Shown one piece after another: positions 8,817-17,306 of a DNA stretch of 64,000 nt. The stretch covers positions 1 to 64,000 of IMG/VR virus record IMGVR_UViG_3300021406_000010; one strand, written 5' to 3'. The notes under the pieces are model-generated. The model did no database searches and was not told the origin of the DNA. It saw only the letters and a program-made list of their open reading frames with translations. Both the position numbers and the translations under genes were made by a program. The stretch's first letter is position 1; each line of letters starts with the position of its first letter. Origin of the DNA: a virus.

Positions 8817-11108
8817 TCAGCCTCCCTGGGCCGGGGCGTAGCGCTCGTAGTCGCACAGCGCGTCCCCGTCTTCCGGGCGCACCCCCAGCCGGGCGCGGAT
8901 GCCCACGTGCGGCGGGTCGGCATAGGCGCGGATCGGGTCGCCGGACGTCCAGGACCCCTTCCCGTCCCGGGCCAGGGCCTCGGACTCGGGCAGGTGCTCG
9001 ACCGGTCCCGGGACGGGAAGGCCGGCGGCGCTCGCGGTGACCCGCAGCCCCTCGGCCTCCGCCTCGTCGACCGCCCGCGCCAGCCTGGCCACCTGTCGCA
9101 CCCGGGCGGACCGGCGGAACAGCGCCCCGGGCTGCGGCATGCCCCTGCGGGCGGCGCGGGGCATCCCGTCGCGCTCCTCGTCGGACTCCGGCGGGCGCTG
9201 CGGCTCGTCGCCGGGCGGCCCTTCCCCCTCCGGCGGCGGCCCCTCCGGGGGCGCGTTCGGGTCCATGCCCTCCTCCTGCGCCTGCTGGGCCTCCTCCATG
9301 TCGGCCGGGACCGGCGCGAGGTCGGGCAGCGGCAGCGGCTGCGCGCCCATCCGGTCGATCATCAGCTGCTGCGCCGCCATCGCGGGCGGCACCCCCTCGA
9401 CCTGCGCCATGGGGGCGAAGTCGGCCATCAGGTCGGCGGGGACGGGCAGCCCGGCGTCGCGCAGCGCGATGAACGCGGCCTTCCGGGTCTCCTGCTGGGC
9501 GATGATGTCGGCGACCGCCTCGTCCTGGCACGCCTGCCGCTCCTCGTCCAGGTCAATGCCCAGTCCCCGGGTGCGGGTGCGGGCCGAGATCGGGAGGCCG
9601 GACGCCCGCAGCGCCTCGGTGAACTGCCGGACGACGTCCTCGTCCCGGAAGTTGAGGACCTTGTACTCCGGCTCGGGGACCAGCAGCCTGGGCTGCTCGG
9701 TGATCCGCTGCTCGCCGGTCTCCTCGTCGGCCTCCAGGACCTCCTCCATGACCACGTACCGGCGGCCGTTGCGCTCCTCATAGTCGTAGTGCTCCTGGGC
9801 CTCGGCGACCACCAGTGCCCGCTGCCGGAAGTGCCGCGAGATGTAGCGCTGGTAGTGCGTCATCAGCTGCTCGACCAGCTGCTTGTTCAGGGCGTCGGCG
9901 GCGTACGTCTCGCCCTCTCCCGCGCCCTGCAGGAAGGTGCGGGAGAGGCCGAACACCTGCAGGATCCTGTCCTCGATCCGCTCGAAGTCGGCGGACAGGT
10001 CCGGCATGTTCTCCCGGCCGAACACCGGCTCGATGTCGACCGCGAAGTTGTGGATCAGGGCGCGGAAGTCGCCTGCCAGGGCCGCGTCGAGGGCCAATTC
10101 GAAGTTTTCGAGGTCATCGTCGGTGGGGATCCAGGGGACCTCGGTCCCGAGGTCGGTGGCGGAGGCGCCCAGCTTGCAGAGGATGAGGGGGGTGTACAGC
10201 CGGTCGGCGATCGAGTCCATCGCCGTGTTGAGCATCTCCTGCTGCAGCATGCTCCTCATGGCCCTGGTGAGCAGCGGCAGCCCCCGCAGGTTGAAGGTGT
10301 CGCCCTTGAACTTCAGCTGCCGCAGCAGGATGTTGCTCACCGGCATGAAGGCGTTCTCGGCGGTGTAGGCGGCCAGCTCCGGGTACTCCTGGACCAGCTT
10401 GTTGTACTCCCAGGCGGGCTGGCGGGTGGTGAGGACCTGTCGGATCGTCCACGGCAGCCGGATGAAGTAGCGCGGCTCCTTCAGGAACGGCGACCGCTCC
10501 ACCTTCACGTCGTCGGGGTTGAGCAGCTCCTCATCGTCCCATATGCCCAGGTCCTCATTGAATGTCGCGAATGGCCACGCCTCCCCAGCGGTGTAGTACT
10601 CCCTCCCCATGTCCACCGTGAACTCGTGGTAGTCGAGGTTGTCCTCGCCGAAGAAGTGGTCGGTGTAGAAGTCGGCGAGCCGGGAGTCCTTGCACTTCAG
10701 GCTCATCCCGAGGACCGGGAACTTGGAGAAGATGTCGACGCAGGAGCCGACGATGGGGTCGGTCTGGTAGAGCAGCCGGCAGAAGGCCCTGACCTTAGCG
10801 AGCTCCTCGTTCTGGCTGAAGTCATAGGGGAGGTTGTTCTGCCGCCAGTAGAACAGCGGGTCTCGCGGGCGCCCTGTGGCGAACTGGATGTCGGACCCGC
10901 CACCGCCGGAGGCCCCCGCCCCGCCGGCCAGCGCGGTGCGCCGGGCCAGCATCGCCGAGCGGGCGTTGGCCCGGCGGTTCTTTATCGCCTCCCGCACGTC
11001 GTCGGTCATCTTCGGCTGGCCGTCGGCGCCCATCCCGATGCCGATGGTGGCCCCCAGCTGCCCCGCTACCGATGCCTGCCGGGCGCCCGGCACGTACGCC
11101 ACCCTCAT
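8817..11108 (-). CDS. Portal protein
   Basis: RAFCRLLYQTDPIVGSCVDIFSKFP, RGLPLLTRAMRSM, DRLYTPLILCKLG, QVFGLSRTFLQG; ATG 11108 with SD GGAGG. Confidence 0.8.
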   Translation of the reverse strand: MRVAYVPGARQASVAGQLGATIGIGMGADGQPKMTDDVREAIKNRRANARSAMLARRTALAGGAGASGGGGSDIQFATGRPRDPLFYWRQNNLPYDFSQNEELAKVRAFCRLLYQTDPIVGSCVDIFSKFPVLGMSLKCKDSRLADFYTDHFFGEDNLDYHEFTVDMGREYYTAGEAWPFATFNEDLGIWDDEELLNPDDVKVERSPFLKEPRYFIRLPWTIRQVLTTRQPAWEYNKLVQEYPELAAYTAENAFMPVSNILLRQLKFKGDTFNLRGLPLLTRAMRSMLQQEMLNTAMDSIADRLYTPLILCKLGASATDLGTEVPWIPTDDDLENFELALDAALAGDFRALIHNFAVDIEPVFGRENMPDLSADFERIEDRILQVFGLSRTFLQGAGEGETYAADALNKQLVEQLMTHYQRYISRHFRQRALVVAEAQEHYDYEERNGRRYVVMEEVLEADEETGEQRITEQPRLLVPEPEYKVLNFRDEDVVRQFTEALRASGLPISARTRTRGLGIDLDEERQACQDEAVADIIAQQETRKAAFIALRDAGLPVPADLMADFAPMAQVEGVPPAMAAQQLMIDRMGAQPLPLPDLAPVPADMEEAQQAQEEGMDPNAPPEGPPPEGEGPPGDEPQRPPESDEERDGMPRAARRGMPQPGALFRRSARVRQVARLARAVDEAEAEGLRVTASAAGLPVPGPVEHLPESEALARDGKGSWTSGDPIRAYADPPHVGIRARLGVRPEDGDALCDYERYAPAQGG

Positions 11109-11124
11109 GCGGTTGCCTCCCGCA

Positions 11125-11132
11125 CCTTCCGG
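11125..11132 (-). promoter_or_regulatory. CCGGAAGG-N4-GGAGG start-associated motif
   Basis: ccccggaaggtgcgggagg before portal ATG. Confidence 0.55.
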
Positions 11133-11146
11133 GGGTTGCAATCAAT

Positions 11147-11166
11147 GCGGGATTTATTGCTATACT
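11147..11166 (+). promoter_or_regulatory. Operator-like site variant with -10 TATACT; leaderless start
   Basis: gcgggatttattgc-tatact, ATG 11173 6 nt later. Confidence 0.55.
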
Positions 11167-11172
11167 TCAGTC

Positions 11173-11688
11173 ATGCACGGCTGGGAGCCGACAAGGCAAG
11201 GAGGCTTCCGCCGTACCCGACCGGGGGTAGCTCAGAGTCCTAAGAGCGCTGCGCGGATCACGCAGAGGACGGTTCCTGGCAAGGGCCTCCCCGGACTAAT
11301 CTTCACCTGGCGCGAGCCGCTCGGGCTGCCGGGCTGCCCCTACGTCCTCCGCTGGAGGGCGGAGGCGCCCTTCGGGTCAGTGCGGGTCCACCACTGGCTG
11401 AAGGCCGACGATGACCGCGCCTTCCACGACCACCCCTGGTGGTTCCTCACCGTCGTGCTCCGGGGCGGCTACGCTGACCGGTCGCCGGCCGGGGACGACG
11501 TCCTGCGGGCCGGGTCCGTCCGGTTCCGTCGCGCCCTGCACCGGCACACGGTCGTCCCCGGCGGGGATGGCGCCTGGACCCTGGTCATCACCGGCCCCAG
11601 GGCCAGGCCATGGGGATTCTGGCGGAACGGCAGGTTCATCAAGGCGAACAAGTGGTTCGCCAGCTTCGGGCACCACCCGTGCGGGTAA
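11173..11688 (+). CDS. Cupin-fold protein (HDHPW family); start uncertain
   Basis: HHW...FHDHPWWFLTVVLRGGY...HRH...WTLVITGP...WGFW; paralog of 39905..40360. Confidence 0.7.
   Translation: MHGWEPTRQGGFRRTRPGVAQSPKSAARITQRTVPGKGLPGLIFTWREPLGLPGCPYVLRWRAEAPFGSVRVHHWLKADDDRAFHDHPWWFLTVVLRGGYADRSPAGDDVLRAGSVRFRRALHRHTVVPGGDGAWTLVITGPRARPWGFWRNGRFIKANKWFASFGHHPCG
11221..11298 (+). ncRNA. tRNA-like cloverleaf with non-canonical loops (anticodon position GAT)
   Basis: CCGGGGG/TCCCCGG acceptor, T8A9, GCTC/GAGC D stem, CTGCG/CGCAG anticodon stem with 7-nt loop, 5-nt variable loop, GGTTC/GGGCC T stem; lacks U33, TTC and CCA. Confidence 0.55.
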
Positions 11689-12216
11689 GAACCGTTCCCA
11701 GCCCCTGGTCAGGCACCATTCTTCCCAGTTGCTGGGCTGGACGGTGCGCTCGCGGCCCGGTGGCCGGGGAAGCCCCGCCTTGTCGTGACCGTAGGCGGCC
11801 AGCGCCGAGCACACCGTCTCCCCGCGCACCAGGCCGTGATCGGGCAGCCACAATTCCCCCAGGTGCAGGTCCTCGGCGGCGTCGGCGGCGATGGCCTCCC
11901 AGTCGTACCGGTCGCCCAGCATGCCGCGCATGGTGACGGTCACAAGGCGGCGCTGCTCATCCGTCTTCGGCTGCGCCGCGTTCGACGTGGTCCAGGAGGA
12001 GGCCAGGTAGGCCGCCAGGTCTACCCAGCCCACCCCGCCGGGACGGCCCTCGACGCCCCACAGGGTACCGTTCGCGTCCGCGTGGTCCGCGACGGCGACG
12101 TGGTTGGCGACGTTCGGCTTGTCCTCCAGCGCCTCGCCGAGGCGGATCATCTCCGCCGCCCATCCCGTGGTCCGCACTACCAGGACGTCACCGGGCTGCA
12201 CCGCGAGGGCGGTCAC
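11377..12216 (-). CDS. Permuted papain-like NlpC/P60 (YaeF/YiiX-like) protein
   Basis: QPGDVLVV...NHVAV...YDW...VCSALAAY; last ~100 codons run antisense over the cupin. Confidence 0.6.
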   Translation of the reverse strand: MTALAVQPGDVLVVRTTGWAAEMIRLGEALEDKPNVANHVAVADHADANGTLWGVEGRPGGVGWVDLAAYLASSWTTSNAAQPKTDEQRRLVTVTMRGMLGDRYDWEAIAADAAEDLHLGELWLPDHGLVRGETVCSALAAYGHDKAGLPRPPGRERTVQPSNWEEWCLTRGWERFLPARVVPEAGEPLVRLDEPAVPPESPWPGPGAGDDQGPGAIPAGDDRVPVQGATEPDGPGPQDVVPGRRPVSVAAPEHDGEEPPGVVVEGAVIVGLQPVVDPH

Positions 12217-12374
12217 GGAGACCCGCTGCCCTGGCCCGGCTGCCCGGTGCCCCCGGGCAGCGCCTTCAGGTCAGTGACGTTCCGGCACCCGTCGCACCTG
12301 ACCCAGGCGCACTGGGGGTTCTGGCAATGGTCAGTGACCTTCCTGGACCCGCAGGTGCCGCACTGCCTGTCCAT
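12213..12374 (-). CDS. Small zinc-finger protein
   Basis: CGTC..HC..C..CDGC; SD GAGGAGG. Confidence 0.55.
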   Translation of the reverse strand: MDRQCGTCGSRKVTDHCQNPQCAWVRCDGCRNVTDLKALPGGTGQPGQGSGSP

Positions 12375-12412
12375 CGCCCCTCCTCTCGTGCTTCCCTGGC
12401 GGGAGCCAGATG

Positions 12413-12426
12413 GCAATGTTCCCTGT
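12413..12426 (-). promoter_or_regulatory. RCAR-N6-YTGY operator-like site
   Basis: acagggaacattgc on minus strand just downstream of a TATGAT -10-like box. Confidence 0.45.
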
Positions 12427-12449
12427 AATGATCATAGCGGCAGGGCGCC

Positions 12450-12914
12450 TCAGCCGTAGTGCCGGAAGTGGACGCTGTTCTTCTGGACGTCGCTCCACTG
12501 CGTGGCATAAACAGGGCCGAGGCCGTAGGGGTCGCCGCTCTCGGCGGCGCGCTGCATCTGGCCGCCCATGAACCTCACCACGTCGGGGTGCCGCAGTTCC
12601 CGCAGCGCCCTGTCCCCCACCTTCTCGTCGTCGTCTCCCAGGTCGGACCATCCCGTGGCGCCGGTGGGATCGCCCCCGTGATGCGCCATCATCGTCCAGC
12701 GGTTTCGCTCCGGGTCCAGGTGGAAGCCGAGCTTGTGCCCTGACTCCAGGTGCGCGTGATCGTCCGGCCAGTGCTCCTCGCCCGGGTACAGCCCCCGGCT
12801 CCGCAGGTCCTCCTGCACCCGGTGCGTGCGCGCCTGCAGCTCGCTGAACGGGATCGCCCAGTTCCCCCGGTGGCCCCGGTAGTGCGCCGGGTATGCGTTG
12901 TCGCGGTAGATCAT
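12450..12914 (-). CDS. 'ESGH' paralog family member 9
   Basis: LESGH...W...HHGGDPTG...DLGDDDEKV...QMQRAAESGDPYG. Confidence 0.75.
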   Translation of the reverse strand: MIYRDNAYPAHYRGHRGNWAIPFSELQARTHRVQEDLRSRGLYPGEEHWPDDHAHLESGHKLGFHLDPERNRWTMMAHHGGDPTGATGWSDLGDDDEKVGDRALRELRHPDVVRFMGGQMQRAAESGDPYGLGPVYATQWSDVQKNSVHFRHYG

Positions 12915-12923
12915 CGGCGTCCC

Positions 12924-13334
12924 TTAACCGTAGTGCCGGAAGGCGTGCGAGGGGTCCTGCTGCCACCTCTGGTCCATCGGGCTGGTGAGGCCATGCGGGT
13001 CCCCGGCCTCGGTCGCCCGCCGCCACTGGTCGCCCATGGCCTTCACCACGTCGCGGTGCCGCAGCTCAGCCTTCAGCCGCTCGGCGAACTGGCTGTCGTC
13101 AGCGCCGAGGTCAGACCTTATCCACGACCCGGTGGGGTCGCCGCCGTGACGGATTGAGAGGCTCCACCGCCTCTCGCCGGACTCCGGGTCCTGGTCGAGG
13201 GAGTAGTGGACATAGTGGCCGGACTCCAGCGGCCCGACCATCGGCCACCCGTCGCGCTCGGCCTCGGGGCTGAGGAGCCGGTGCCGGGCCAGCTGCCGCT
13301 TCACGTCGCTATAGCGCCCGGGGATTCCCGTCAC
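12924..13334 (-). CDS. 'ESGH' paralog family member 8
   Basis: LESGH...RHGGDPTG...DLGADD...QWRRATEAGDPHG. Confidence 0.75.
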   Translation of the reverse strand: MTGIPGRYSDVKRQLARHRLLSPEAERDGWPMVGPLESGHYVHYSLDQDPESGERRWSLSIRHGGDPTGSWIRSDLGADDSQFAERLKAELRHRDVVKAMGDQWRRATEAGDPHGLTSPMDQRWQQDPSHAFRHYG

Positions 13335-13834
13335 CGTTCCTCCCCGCTGCCCCGCAGCGCGACGCCCTCGGCGTCGTGGTGCACGTACTGCATGGTCCCC
13401 CGTCGCCTGCGCGGCCCCTGCTCACCCGTGCCCCGCATCTGCCCCGCCATCTCGCGGGTCACGTGACGGCAGCCCAGCTCCCGCTGCACCAGCCTGGGCA
13501 CCTCCTCATCGCGGGTGCCCAGGTTCACGTGCACCATAACCGGCGTGGCACGGTCGTCGCCGGGGTGCCAGACGTTCATCACCCACCCCTGGTCCTGGCG
13601 GGACAGCCCGACGCCCACGTGGTGCCCGGTCTCAAGATCGAAGCTCGGGGCGTCCACGGCGTAGCCATGGGAATCCCTGAAGTGCACCGGGAACCCGGCG
13701 GCGTGCATCTGGTCGCGGACGGACCGCAGCCGCCTGACCTGGTCGCGCTGGGTCAGGGAATCGCCGGGGAACAGCTTGTCGCTGCCCCGGAACCCGCCGT
13801 CATCGGACGCGAAGTGCCGGATCAGGTCATTCAC
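13331..13834 (-). CDS. 'ESGH' paralog family member 7
   Basis: N-terminal LIRHFAS; LETGH...WHPGD...NLGTRDEEV. Confidence 0.75.
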   Translation of the reverse strand: MNDLIRHFASDDGGFRGSDKLFPGDSLTQRDQVRRLRSVRDQMHAAGFPVHFRDSHGYAVDAPSFDLETGHHVGVGLSRQDQGWVMNVWHPGDDRATPVMVHVNLGTRDEEVPRLVQRELGCRHVTREMAGQMRGTGEQGPRRRRGTMQYVHHDAEGVALRGSGEER

Positions 13835-14253
13835 CAGTCATCCTCATGAGAGCGGCGCTGGCCCCAGGGGTCATCGTCGGTGGCCAGGGGGCCACTCGAC
13901 CTGCGCACGTAGTCGAGGAACTCCGGGCTGCGGTAGCCTTCCGCGAGGCGGCGCGGGACGTCGGAGTCGACGGGGCCGAGGGGCATCCGGTACTCCATGC
14001 TGTCATCGCCGTTCACCCACCGGTCCTCCATGGGCCCGCGCGGCGGGGTGACGGCCGCCGCCCACTGGCCGAGGGCGTGATGCCAGGAAATGCCCGCCAG
14101 GTGGCCGCTCTCCATCGTCTGGCGGCGGGACAGCAGCCGCTGCCGCTTGACCTCGGCCAGGATCGCGTCCCGGCGCTCCTGGTGCTCGCGCATGCTTCCC
14201 GGTCGCCCGGACGCGGACGCGAAGTGCCGGATGAGGTCATCGCCGCGCGCCAT
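13831..14253 (-). CDS. 'ESGH' paralog family member 6
   Basis: LIRHFAS; MESGH...PLGPVDSDV. Confidence 0.7.
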   Translation of the reverse strand: MARGDDLIRHFASASGRPGSMREHQERRDAILAEVKRQRLLSRRQTMESGHLAGISWHHALGQWAAAVTPPRGPMEDRWVNGDDSMEYRMPLGPVDSDVPRRLAEGYRSPEFLDYVRRSSGPLATDDDPWGQRRSHEDDW

Positions 14254-14642
14254 TAGCCGTCCCTGAAGTCATGGAAGAAGTGACTGACGCCATGCCACTT
14301 CGACCGGGAGTGCAGGCGCTTGTCCCCTCGCGGGTCTCCCGCCCCGGCGGCGCGCTGCCATTGGTCCCCGAGGGCCCTCACGAAGGCGGGGCGGCGCAAC
14401 TGGTCCGCGACGCGGTCCGCCACCCCCTCGTCTTCCCGGCCGAGGTCCGCGATCACGGCGGACCCGCTGGGGTCGCCGGGATGCCAGGCCTGCATCTCCC
14501 AGCCGCCGCCCCACTTGCCGATGCCGTAGTTGTGGCCGGACTCCAGCTGGTTCAGGTCCGGGTCAGACGGGTGCTGGCGCCCGATCCCCTGGCCGCGCAG
14601 GTGCTGCAGGATCATGGCCTCCCTCGCCGGCTCGTCGCCCAT
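14253..14642 (-). CDS. 'ESGH' paralog family member 5
   Basis: LESGH...WHPGDPSG...DLGREDEGV...QWQRAAGAGDPRG. Confidence 0.75.
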   Translation of the reverse strand: MGDEPAREAMILQHLRGQGIGRQHPSDPDLNQLESGHNYGIGKWGGGWEMQAWHPGDPSGSAVIADLGREDEGVADRVADQLRRPAFVRALGDQWQRAAGAGDPRGDKRLHSRSKWHGVSHFFHDFRDG

Positions 14643-15064
14643 TAGCCGAACCTCCTCGGCCAGGAGGGGTCGTCATCACGGGGATGCGCCATCTGCTCGC
14701 GCATCGCCCGCATGACGTCCCCGTGGCCGAGCCACTTCCTGGCCATGGCCCCGATGGCGTCCGGGTCACCGCCGAGGTCGGCCAGTATCACCCGGGGATT
14801 CCGGAATCGTGAAGGCCCCTCGCCTGTCCGCCCTATCGTGGGGTCCGGCTCGCGGGTCACCCACATGCGCCAGGTGCCGCGCTCGTGGTTGTAGGGGACG
14901 ATGATGTGGTGGCCGGTCTCGGTGCGCATCTCGTCCGACAGCCCGGCCGCGCGCAGCGAGGCGGCAGCCCGCTCGCGCCGGGCGTCCTCGCCGCCGGCGG
15001 CGAAGTGCCGGATGAGGTTCTCGCCGAACCACCCGTCGTCGGGAGGAACGCGTCCCCGTCCCAT
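14642..15064 (-). CDS. 'ESGH' paralog family member 4
   Basis: Start ATG 15064 coupled to upstream stop; LIRHFAA; TETGH...DLGGDPDAI. Confidence 0.7.
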   Translation of the reverse strand: MGRGRVPPDDGWFGENLIRHFAAGGEDARRERAAASLRAAGLSDEMRTETGHHIIVPYNHERGTWRMWVTREPDPTIGRTGEGPSRFRNPRVILADLGGDPDAIGAMARKWLGHGDVMRAMREQMAHPRDDDPSWPRRFG

Positions 15065-15543
15065 CAGCGCTCCCCGTAGTGCGGGCCTGTCAGCCGCCTG
15101 CTGTGCAGCGCCGCGCCGCCATGGTCCACGACGCGCCCGTCCGGCTCGTCGCCGGACGGGTCGCCGTTGCCGAGCGCCCGCTTCCACTGGGCGGCTAGCC
15201 GCCCGACGACATTCGGGTGGGTCATGAAGTGCCGGAACCGGTCCGGCACCCGGGCGTCGTCCTCGCCCAGGTCGGAGGTGATCACCTCATTCGTCGGGTC
15301 TCCGGCGTGCGCAATGCTCACTTGCCAGCGGCGGGTATGCGAGTGCAGCCAAACGGAGAAGTTATGCCCCAACTCAGTACGGAACCCCTCAAGTCCTTCA
15401 GGGTAACCGCTGATGAGCCGCTGCCCGCGCAGGGCATCGTATACAGCGCTCTCGCGAGCAGCTCGCTCTCGGTTCGGGACACGGCCGGACGATCCAGAGA
15501 GCCTGTGCCTTTCCTCCTCGGGGGAGATATCCCACTCGCTCAC
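15064..15543 (-). CDS. 'ESGH' paralog family member 3
   Basis: TELGH...AHAGDPT...DLGEDDARV...QWKRALGNGDPSG. Confidence 0.75.
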   Translation of the reverse strand: MSEWDISPEEERHRLSGSSGRVPNRERAARESAVYDALRGQRLISGYPEGLEGFRTELGHNFSVWLHSHTRRWQVSIAHAGDPTNEVITSDLGEDDARVPDRFRHFMTHPNVVGRLAAQWKRALGNGDPSGDEPDGRVVDHGGAALHSRRLTGPHYGER

Positions 15544-15562
15544 CAGTCGCCCCGTACTCGCG

Positions 15563-16381
15563 TCAGCCCGCGTAGTAGGACGGGCTGCGCTTCCAGTCGC
15601 TGCGCGCCATGGTGCTCGCGTGGGCGGCGTCGCGGTGCCCGTCGTGGGCGGGCACGGTAATCACGTGGTTAGCCTGCTGCACCGTGACCATCGCCTCCTG
15701 GCCCGGCTCGATCGGCTCCCCGCATCCCGCGCAGGCGTGCTGGCTCTGGTTCCTGGCTGCTTCCATGGTCTTCATCTTAGCAAGGAAAGCTGTATCTTCG
15801 CGACCCGCCTCGCGGCGCAGCGCCGACAGCACCCGGGGATCATGACCGGAGGCGTGCGCGGCGAGGTGGCGGATGAGCTGGCCCTCGGTCAGCGGCTGGC
15901 CCTGCAGGCCCCGGTAGAGGGCGCCCTCCTTCTTGCCCTTCGGCGGCGGCTTCTTCTCGCCTTTGCCCTTCGGGAAGGGGGAGCCCTCGCTATCGTCATC
16001 GTCACCCGGCGACGGGGGCGCGCCCTCGCCGCCGGGACCAGCCTCCTCATCATCGCCAGGGGGCATGCCGCCTTCCTCGCCGCCTTCCTCCGGGGGCATG
16101 CCGCCGCCCACGGGCATCCCGTCCGGGCCGATCATGCCCGGATCCATGAGGCCGCCGTCGGGGCCGACGTCAGAAGGAGCGCCTGGGCCGCCGGGCATCT
16201 GGGGGGCGCCCGGGAAGGCCGGCTGGACGCGGACGATGTAGTTCTGTCCGCAGAAGGAGCACGCGATCGTCCCGTCACTCCTGCCCACCACTTGCCCTGA
16301 GCCGCAAAACGGACAATGAGACGTGATCAGGGGATCGCCTGGGTCGTGGGCCAACCTGGTGCCGATGCCACGTGCCGCCAT
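15563..16381 (-). CDS. Zinc-ribbon head-region protein, with a possibly separate C-terminal unit starting at 15766
   Basis: HCPFCGSGQVVGRSDGTIACSFC; P/G/E-rich linker; SD GGAGG. Confidence 0.7.
   Translation of the reverse strand: MAARGIGTRLAHDPGDPLITSHCPFCGSGQVVGRSDGTIACSFCGQNYIVRVQPAFPGAPQMPGGPGAPSDVGPDGGLMDPGMIGPDGMPVGGGMPPEEGGEEGGMPPGDDEEAGPGGEGAPPSPGDDDDSEGSPFPKGKGEKKPPPKGKKEGALYRGLQGQPLTEGQLIRHLAAHASGHDPRVLSALRREAGREDTAFLAKMKTMEAARNQSQHACAGCGEPIEPGQEAMVTVQQANHVITVPAHDGHRDAAHASTMARSDWKRSPSYYAG
15774..15793 (-). promoter_or_regulatory. Operator-like site with -10 TAAGAT inside a CDS
   Basis: acagctttccttgc-taagat, in-frame ATG 15766 7 nt later. Confidence 0.65.
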
Positions 16382-16394
16382 GATGCCTCCTGGT

Positions 16395-16402
16395 CCTTCC
16401 GG
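16395..16402 (-). promoter_or_regulatory. CCGGAAGG-N4-GGAGG start-associated motif
   Basis: ccccggaaggaccaggagg before ATG 16381. Confidence 0.55.
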
Positions 16403-16405
16403 GGA

Positions 16406-16699
16406 TCATGGCATCATGTCGCGCAGGCGCCGCATGATCCCCGGCTCGCACAGCTTCCGGCCTAGCACCCTCGCAACCGCGTCATCGTCATGGCCCAGGT
16501 GCAGGTGCACGACAAGGTCGCGGCCAGGCCAGGTGATGTTGGCCCACCACCACTCGTGCCGGGGATCCCTGCGGCCATGACCCATCCCGACCTGCACGTG
16601 GTGGCCGGACTCCAGCTTCTGCCGCTGGCTGGTGATCCCGGCCGCCAGGATCGAGTCCCACACGCGCACTAGCCGGGCCATGTCGCCGTCCCTGGTCAC
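16406..16699 (-). CDS. 'ESGH' paralog family member 2 (short form)
   Basis: LESGHHVQV...WWWANIT...LHLGHDDDAV...EPGIMR. Confidence 0.7.
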   Translation of the reverse strand: MTRDGDMARLVRVWDSILAAGITSQRQKLESGHHVQVGMGHGRRDPRHEWWWANITWPGRDLVVHLHLGHDDDAVARVLGRKLCEPGIMRRLRDMMP

Positions 16700-17007
16700 G
16701 CCATCAGCCTCCGCATCGCCCTCATCGTGCCCGGCTCGGACAGCAGCCGGGCCAGCTCGGCGGCCACCTGCCCGTCATCACGGCCCAGGAACAGGGTGAC
16801 CACCCCCTCGCGGTCCTGGTGGGTGACGTTCACCCACCAGGACCATGCCTGGGGGCCGTCCGGCCCGGGGCTGAGGAAGACCTGCAGGTGGTGGCCGGAC
16901 TCGGTGCGCATCGACGGGCCGCACAGCCCGGCGGCCACGACCGAGCCCCAGACAGCCCAGACCCTGAGCAGCGTGCGCGCGTAGAAGGCGTGGTCGCTCC
17001 AGCTCAT
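16696..17007 (-). CDS. 'ESGH' paralog family member 1 (short form)
   Basis: TESGHHLQV...WWVNVT...LFLGRDDGQV...EPGTMR. Confidence 0.7.
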   Translation of the reverse strand: MSWSDHAFYARTLLRVWAVWGSVVAAGLCGPSMRTESGHHLQVFLSPGPDGPQAWSWWVNVTHQDREGVVTLFLGRDDGQVAAELARLLSEPGTMRAMRRLMA

Positions 17008-17306
17008 GACCCGAAGCCTCCCAGGGCCTCGCCGACCAGTGCATGGAGCAGGCGCAGGTGCTTCTGCGCCAGCTGGCCGACCGCCTGCGCCCGCTCCAGG
17101 CCGGGCCGGATGTCTGCCTGCGGGTCGGCCGCCAGCCGGTCGCGGGCCGTCCGGATGAGCGCCGCAGCCTCGTCCAGCCCGGCAGCGGGGCCGCTGACGT
17201 ACGGCGCGAGGCCGGGGACGGCCAGGGCCAGCTCGCGGGCGGCTGCCGAGCTGCGGGCGAGAAGGGCCGCTGACCTGTCCAGGCCCTCCGGCGTGAACTC
17301 GCTCAC
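17004..17306 (-). CDS. Hypothetical helical protein
   Basis: GTG start overlapping upstream TGA. Confidence 0.5.
   Translation of the reverse strand: MSEFTPEGLDRSAALLARSSAAARELALAVPGLAPYVSGPAAGLDEAAALIRTARDRLAADPQADIRPGLERAQAVGQLAQKHLRLLHALVGEALGGFGS

Noticed and set aside
11221-11298. Functional tRNA-Ile(GAT)
   Set aside because: Lacks U33, purine 37, the TTC T-loop and CCA; kept only as tRNA-like
12450-17007. Recurring short DNA words (gtggccggactccag, gaagtgccggat) as a CRISPR or integron array
   Set aside because: They lie inside coding regions and encode conserved peptides; spacing is irregular, and no cas or integrase gene is seen
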